Both the position numbers and the translations under genes were made by a program. 55,544 nucleotides of DNA from Tubiluchus corallicola (Eukaryota > Animalia > Priapulida), in the NCBI GenBank assembly GCA_030141605.1, contig JAQGDQ010001206.1, positions 1-55,544 on the forward strand. Reading direction: 5' to 3'. Positions 49,124-55,544 of this stretch are shown here, piece by piece. Every line of letters starts with the position of its first letter. Positions within the stretch are counted from its first letter, which is position 1. Below the pieces are notes generated by a model. That model was given only the letters and a program-made list of their open reading frames with translations, was not told the DNA's origin and did no database searches.

Positions 49124-49596
49124 CCCTTTCATATACCTATTGTATCCCATGGGATACGTGAATATTTTCTACCTTTAAAATTAATAAAATTTTAAAACTG
49201 ACAGTTATTTGATCTGTTAATAGTTATTTTGATTTAAGCCAATAACAAGAGACTTAAAATGGTGATAAAATGGCAAACTAGAAAATCTACATAGCATAAA
49301 AAACTGCGCTGTACAGTTATACGACTTTGTACAGTAGAGACGACTTTGTACAGATCAGCATAGCATGCGTACTAAATGTCTTAAATACTTTAAAAAATTA
49401 TCAGCAGTTGCAAAACGAAGCACATTTTATGCTTCCATTGAATCCCAATGTATCCCGTGGGATACAGGCTACATTTAGCACGCGGGCACAGGTAGAAAAA
49501 AATAATTATTATGTGTAAACACGGATGGACACACTGAACAAAAGTACCAAGCCAAAAAAAATTTTCTTATTAAAAAATAATTTTGGACTGAAAAGG
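49124..49596 (+). mobile_element. piggyBac-like MITE family F, ending ~170 bp upstream of the CCDC146 ATG
   Basis: TTAA|CCCTTTCA...TGAAAAGG|TTAA; two internal GTATCCC-nn-GGGATAC palindromes. Confidence 0.88.
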
Positions 49597-49678
49597 TTAA
49601 AAGAAAGGGATCGTGCGCAGTGCGGAATTGTACTTTAGTAGAGCACGATACAAAAAAAAGACGAAGGCGGTTCGCGGA

Positions 49679-49691
49679 TTTGCTTAGAAAC
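49679..49691 (-). promoter_or_regulatory. Candidate RFX X-box
   Basis: GTTTCTAAGCAAA resembles the X-box; lies ~75 bp upstream of a motile-cilia gene start in a CpG-rich patch. Confidence 0.35.
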
Positions 49692-49766
49692 GAAAACGCG
49701 TGCTATCGTGCAAAAATTAGCAAATTTAGCGGTGAATGACCCGTTTTTCTGTTTCGAATAATTGAT

Positions 49767-49880
49767 ATGGAACGCAGTAAAAACCAAGAAACTTTTTCGA
49801 AGTTGGAAGATTCGGATTCAGATCCCGATCTGGAAGAGCCGAAAGAAGAAACTGTTGATCCGTTTAAGCATTTGGATCAG
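49767..49880 (+). CDS. CCDC146: CCDC146-like coding exon 1 (MERSKNQETFSKLEDSDSDPDLEEPKEETVDPFKHLDQ)
   Basis: First ATG after an in-frame TGA; donor CAG|GTCAGA; phase 0. Confidence 0.7.
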
Positions 49881-50353
49881 GTCAGATATAATTAAATTAG
49901 CAAGTAATTTACCGTAATTAAAAATTACTAACTTTATTATGTCTAACTCATTTATTGAATTAATAATTTGACAATAGAAAAACTGACGTATCAAGATGTC
50001 AAGTAAATGATATGAAAAGTAATATTTTGTTAACGATATCACATCTGTAACTTGAAACAAGTAATAATGAACTCTGTACTAGACTGTAAGCTGTTAGTTG
50101 ACGGCTTTTCGTATGCAATTATGATAACATTGTGTCAGATTTAAGTATTATGCTAGTGGTGTACGTTTATCAAGTTTTGCAATAATTATAGTGTTGCTTA
50201 TCATGGTTTTAGTTTACTCATTCATTCTTGAATTACACTTGCTTTTATAAATGCATGCAGTCGTACACTTAGTACTATATATACACACATAAAATTATAA
50301 TTTGTAGATAGATACCAAGACATGTATTCAAGAAAAGAACATTGTCTTATAAC

Positions 50354-50802
50354 CAGGGTGCATAAGATTATGGATATGTAAAATAGCTATTTTATGGATT
50401 TTTGAAATTTTATTTTATGGATATCAATAAAGACTATATCTGGAATGAGATGCCCAGGGGGAAAACAGGAGTGCTTGAAACGTGTTTTTAAACACCCAGG
50501 ACTTAGTTTTAATTTTATCGGTTTCATATCACTTCAAATTTAATCAAATTTTACGAGACAATGCCTTGTAATTCGTCACTTCAGTTCAAATAATTCATCT
50601 ATTTGGTACGAATGTAGAATGCCCTCTAGGCTGAAGTTTCCGATCCAATGCCTGTATTCAGTTTTGATTGCCTTATTTTGTACAAAAAATCACAAAAAAA
50701 TATTTTTTTATTTTATGCATTTCTTATTTTATGGATTTTTCAAATTTTATTTTATGGATTTTTGGTCTTACTTTATGGATATCCATAATCTTATGCAGCC
50801 TG
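50354..50802. mobile_element. MITE with 24-bp TIRs and 8-bp TSD (hAT/P/Merlin-type)
   Basis: cagg(g/c)tgcataagattatggatat TIR; perfect TSD cttataac; repeated subterminal tttatggat. Confidence 0.9.
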
Positions 50803-51953
50803 CTTATAACTGATGGTTATAAAATTATCTTTATAGGCACTGGTACAAAATTAGTCATGAATCAAGCAGAGGAGAGCTAGGATGGGAAAGGGAAGGGAAG
50901 GGAAAGAGTGGAAAGGGTGTACATAGCATGGAAGAGATGGGGAGGGGAATGAAGAGAGAAGAGAAAACAGAAGGGAAGATGAATATTAATTTTTATTAAG
51001 CATAGCTGCTCTATTTACAGTACTTCCAAAATGCGATTTTCAAACCATTGTGATTTTGAAACGAAATAAAAATATCAACAAGTTACGACAGGTCAAGTTA
51101 AGTTAGACGTGTGGCTGAGACAAAATTTTGTTTGCTGAGTCCCGTCCTAAATACCTAAATGCACGCAACTTGCATCTTAAGTCATCTACTTGACTTCGAC
51201 TTAACTTTCTTAGTCGTGGTTGTGACTGGGGGGGGGGGGGACTAGGCAAATAAGGAGATAAGACCGCTTAAAGAATTAGAGGCAAACATTAGAGGCGCTC
51301 CTAAACTCCGCTTAAGACAACGAAATTGTGTTAAGTGCAGTACATGAGTCTGGCTTCAGGAATGCAGTAGATACATCCAGGGTAGAGCAATCATTTTCCG
51401 TACTTGTATTTTTCCTAATGCACTGAAATCTAAAGTACTTGTACTACATTTAAACTCCAGAACATCAAATATGTTTAATATGCAGCAATTGTCGTTTTAT
51501 CTGTAATAATAAATTACAGCAATAAGTTTTCAACGAAAAACATCAGTAAAAGGTAAATTACTAAATTAGGTAACATGATTTTCGTCTACAATTATGCAAA
51601 AAAATAACAGCGAAATTGTTTTGATAGCATAAAGCAGTTCAATAAACATAATTAGACACTTACATGTGGTCTCCCTGAGTTTTGGCACTTATAACTTGCA
51701 AAAAAAACAATAGAAATCAACTACAACATTCACATCGTATCAATTGAATTGTATGTCAGGTAATGTCTACCTGGCCAACTACCTGGTCACATGACTGATG
51801 ACAATTAAAGGGGCAAGACCAAATTTAACAGGTAGGGAAACGTGTATGTGCATAACAGTACTATCAAAGCATGCATCACGTTTGAAACACTATTTCTTAA
51901 TATTGTGTGCTGGCCAGTTAATCTGCATAACAAATGGCTTTGTCATTTTTCAG

Positions 51954-52036
51954 CTAGTACAAGAGGAAAAAATGAGTGCTCCTAAAGCTGCTGAACTCAA
52001 AAACAAGTTCAAGAAGAACTATGACTTGTTGAAACA
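51954..52036 (+). CDS. CCDC146: CCDC146-like coding exon 2
   Basis: tttttcag acceptor; LVQEEKMSAPKAAELKNKFKKNYDLLK; donor GTTAGT, phase 2. Confidence 0.8.
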
Positions 52037-52142
52037 GTTAGTTCATTTCTTTTTACTTTTTTGTCATTTTTTAGTTGTTAGCAAAATTTGTATCTGATAG
52101 AACTAGTACACATGCTTTGTCAATGAAACCAAAACTTTACGT

Positions 52143-52653
52143 CAGGGGTGTGCAAATTATCTGACTAGCCGGGCCACATTAAACTTTCCCGTAATTCCTG
52201 CGGGCCACAGGCAGTTTGATCAAGGAACCAAGTACAGAAAGGCCTAATAATGATTTTTTTGCATCCGACCTGCGTACATCATTACTACTACACTCAAGAA
52301 ACTATTTTAGAAGTTATTAAAATTTATATTACAAACCATATATTTTTACTTTTAGGACAGATAGTGGTAATTTCACTACAATGCATATTAGTAATGTGTA
52401 TCGCACAGTCTGTGTAGTACAGTGTTATTAAGCTACAACCGTCTTGTAAGGGTTAATGGCATCCGATCTAGTAGAAAAAACTAACTGCACTATCTTTGGG
52501 ATCGTGGCACGGACTTCAGCTGGATACACTCAATTAATCGCCCGGGCCGCACTTTCATTAGGTTGGCAAATCTCTTCGCGGGCCGCACACGGGCCGCACA
52601 AATTCTCTCGGCGGGCCGCAAGTGGCCTGTGGGCCACAATTTGCACACCCCTG
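52143..52653 (+). mobile_element. hAT/Charlie-like MITE family E, complete, inserted in a degenerate ~30-bp tandem repeat (~52105..52880)
   Basis: TIR caggggtgtgcaaatt; TSD ctttacgt/ctttacat. Confidence 0.92.
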
Positions 52654-53001
52654 CTTTACATGTTTCGTCAATGAAGTTGTAACCTTTAAAACTTTGTTCA
52701 GTGAAATGTTGAAGCCATAACTTTACTTTGTCAATGAAGCCTTAACTTTTTGCAAGCTTTGTCAATAGAATGATAACTTTACAACTTTGTCAGTGAAGCT
52801 ATAACCTTACAATCATTTCAATAAAGCCACAACTTTACAATCATTTCAGTAAAGCCAACAATTTTACATGCTTTGTTGATACATAGTTATCAGTTCTTAA
52901 ATAGTGAATTTTTGGTAAGTTTTAGGTAATCGTTTAGCTGAAAAGTATGGGGACTTTTAACACTAGTGTCCACTTGAAATATCTACTCGTACCTTATATA
53001 T

Positions 53002-53944
53002 ATCCGAATTCAAAGGAAGGGTTTGTGCAGTTTAGATTGTGGCAAGACCAATATCTAGTTGACAAACAAGGCAATGTTGTAAGTCAAAGATGAAGTCGGC
53101 AGAAGTGTTTCTACATATTCAGATGATGTTCATTCTTCCACAACCAGATAAACAGACAGAATCAGTGTAGTGAATGAAGCTGCTGTATCTGAGTATTGAA
53201 CATAGCAGTCACCTACTCATACACTCACTAACTTGGCAAATGATTTGGTTTAACATCAATCCACATAAGATAACCAATTGACTACTGGTCTTGCCACACA
53301 CACTTGTCTGCATGTAAGTGTATAACTATAAACTTAACGAAATTTACCGGGATGCTTTAGCTGTTTTAAGAAATGGAATTTATGATGAACAATTCTAGCA
53401 GCTTCTTTCAAAATGCAATGCTACAGCTTGTGAAAAAAATGCTATAGCTGTGTCTTATTCTACTATCATTGTGTTGTACCATTTTATGGGTATCTGTGTT
53501 TTACTCGCAAATTCAGTTGTGATAATAATTATCCAGAAAAATCAAAGTCTGCACAAAATTCCCTATTTTTACATAGGAAATGTGGCGGTGGCAGACAACA
53601 TAGCTGGAGTAAGCTTGGTGTGATACACTTACATGCAGACAAATGTGTGTGGAAAGACCAATAGTCAAATGGTTATCTTATGTGGATTGACGTTAAGCCA
53701 AATCATTTGTCAAGTTAGTGAGTGTATGAGTAGGTGACTGCTATGTTCAATACTCAGATACAACAGCTTCATTCACTACACGGATTCTGTCTGTTTATCT
53801 GGTTGTGGAAGAATGAATATCATCTGAATATGTAGAAACACTTCTGTCGACTTCATCTTTGACTTACAACATTGGTTTGTTTGTCAACTAGATTTTGGTC
53901 TTGCCATAATCTAAACTGCACAAACCTTTCTCTTGAATGCAGAT
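53002..53944. mobile_element. Foldback-type element with ~320-bp inverted arms
   Basis: 53002..~53325 is the near-identical reverse complement of ~53621..53944; ~295-bp spacer; no clear TSD. Confidence 0.85.
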
Positions 53945-54429
53945 TCCGGCCTTGGGGGGGGGGGGTGTTTTCAATTCCCCACAAAATTTGATACCGTAAC
54001 TGTTAGTGTCTCTGAGAGGCATTTATAACAACTTCAAAAGTCTCAGTTGAATTTTGATGTAAACCACTCATCTTTATTTCTGCAATATTTAAAAATTAAA
54101 ATAGAAAGGCAAAGGTGACTGACATTGGCTAATTTAGTTAGATTGTTACATAGTTTAGTTAGATTGACAGTTATTCATAAATATCAGTGAATAAATCAAA
54201 ATAAAAATTACCGGTAATAGAAGTAAACTTACATCATTGCGGTATATCTCTACTGAAAAATTTCGCTAGCTTGTTAAAGACACATGTTCACTCTTACAAC
54301 AGAACATCATAATGAAAAACGTAACTAGGTCAATGCCCACACTTTAAACTTTCTAGCTAGATGGAGCCACCTTGGCTACAAATTAAAGTTTATTAACTCA
54401 GGTTCACACTGGCCTTAATAATAACCATG

Positions 54430-54500
54430 ACCCTAACCCCAACCCTAACGCAGCCTTAACCCCTATCTTAATGCTAACCCCAATCCTAATCCTAATCCTA
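54430..54500. repeat. Degenerate (CCCTAA/TCCTAA)n tract
   Basis: About 11 imperfect hexamers. Confidence 0.6.
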
Positions 54501-54631
54501 TGTCCAATCCTGATATGTTTAACAAACTAATTTTTTGTATGCAGGGAGTTGTAAATATTAGTCCTGGCTTGTTGGGAGTCAAAATATGTAAAAAATACTT
54601 TCTGTTTTTGTTGATTTTCTATGTTTTTTAG

Positions 54632-54844
54632 TTTGAAAGAGTCAGAAAATAGATGCTTCAACTTGGCAAAAATGCTCACTCAGAAGATCATGAAGCAGAA
54701 AATGAATCTTGCAACACTCGAGACGGCTACTCCCGAGGCGCACAACACAGAGACGGAACGGCTTCGTCAGCAGCTAACCTTGGCCAAGAATGAATACGAC
54801 CAAACTGAAGAACGACTGAATAAGCTACAGTATGTGATAGCCGC
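54632..54844 (+). CDS. CCDC146: CCDC146-like coding exon 3 (coiled coil)
   Basis: ttttttag acceptor; LKESENRCFNLAK...LQYVIA; donor GTAAGT at 54845. Confidence 0.85.
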
Positions 54845-55544
54845 GTAAGTATAAAAATTAAGCTATGAACGTGGAACGATTAAAGCTATTATGGGTAAAC
54901 AAATTTTTGATTTGCAAAGATGGGTTGCCTATAAGTAGTGGAAATGTTTATAAAAACTTGCTTCTGTGGAATTGCATTTTTGCTTTGGTTGATTTTTGTT
55001 TGATGTTATTTTTTGCTCTACATTGAATTTCTTTAATTTTTTGCTTGATGTTATTCCTTGTTATGCTTTGAATTGCATTTCTGCTTTGAATTGATTTTTG
55101 TTGCTTTTGCTTTTTATATACACAAACACTTAAAAATGTCACGAGCCTGTGAGTAAACTTGTATTTTTAATAAGGGGCAGCTGACCAAGTGACCAATGGG
55201 TCTTTCGCTGCTCCTTCTCAGCTGCAATGAAATGTAAAAATAATTATGACAAATTTTAACTGCTATTGAGAAAATAAAAATTGAATTGAATTGAAAAAAA
55301 TTGAATTGAATTCTGGGCTACTGGAAAGGACAGTCTTTTGGCACAATTTATGTGCACTATGTTGTGGAAAAGTTTGTGTACATTGAGTTTTAATGTACAT
55401 AGTTATCTTGCTTCTTGGTGTAGTTTCTGTGTTTTCACACTGTGACAGCTTCAATATATTATTATTATGAGTTTATTTCATATAAAAATATACAGTTTAC
55501 AAAGACAAAGATGTTAGCAAAATAGGTAATGCGATATTAGTAAA

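Larger units (their letters stand above)
49767..54844 (+). other. CCDC146: Partial gene model: coiled-coil domain-containing protein 146-like (MBO2 homologue), continues beyond window
   Basis: join(49767..49880,51954..52036,54632..54844,...) gives an acidic N-terminus then DPFKHLDQLVQEEKMSAPKAAELKNKF...KESE...PEAHNTETERLRQQL...NEY...ER...QY, which aligns from memory with the CCDC146 N-terminal region; phases consistent. Confidence 0.75.

Overview
This is AT-rich, repeat-dense animal (probably invertebrate bilaterian) genomic DNA carrying three spliced protein-coding genes, all on the + strand. They are a complete DRGX/Prrxl1 paired-like homeobox gene (6 coding exons, 358..22639, 349 aa), a complete F-actin capping protein alpha gene (CAPZA; 8 coding exons, 25140..41316, 289 aa) and the first three coding exons of a CCDC146-like gene (from 49767, running off the window). 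Between CAPZA and CCDC146 lies a full-length RTE-clade LINE on the - strand with an uninterrupted 996-aa endonuclease/reverse transcriptase ORF. Its 5' end is a recognisable twister self-cleaving ribozyme, and it points head-to-head at the CCDC146 promoter. The introns hold many MITEs (hAT-, pogo/Tc1-, piggyBac- and Kolobok-like), truncated LINEs, solo LTRs and micro/minisatellites. One LTR-like segment carries heat-shock elements plus a TATA box, and a ~720-bp sense (GGTAA)n tract of splice-donor-like motifs follows the DRGX stop codon. All calls were made by eye with no database searches; repeat-family names are inferences from termini and target-site duplications (TSDs).
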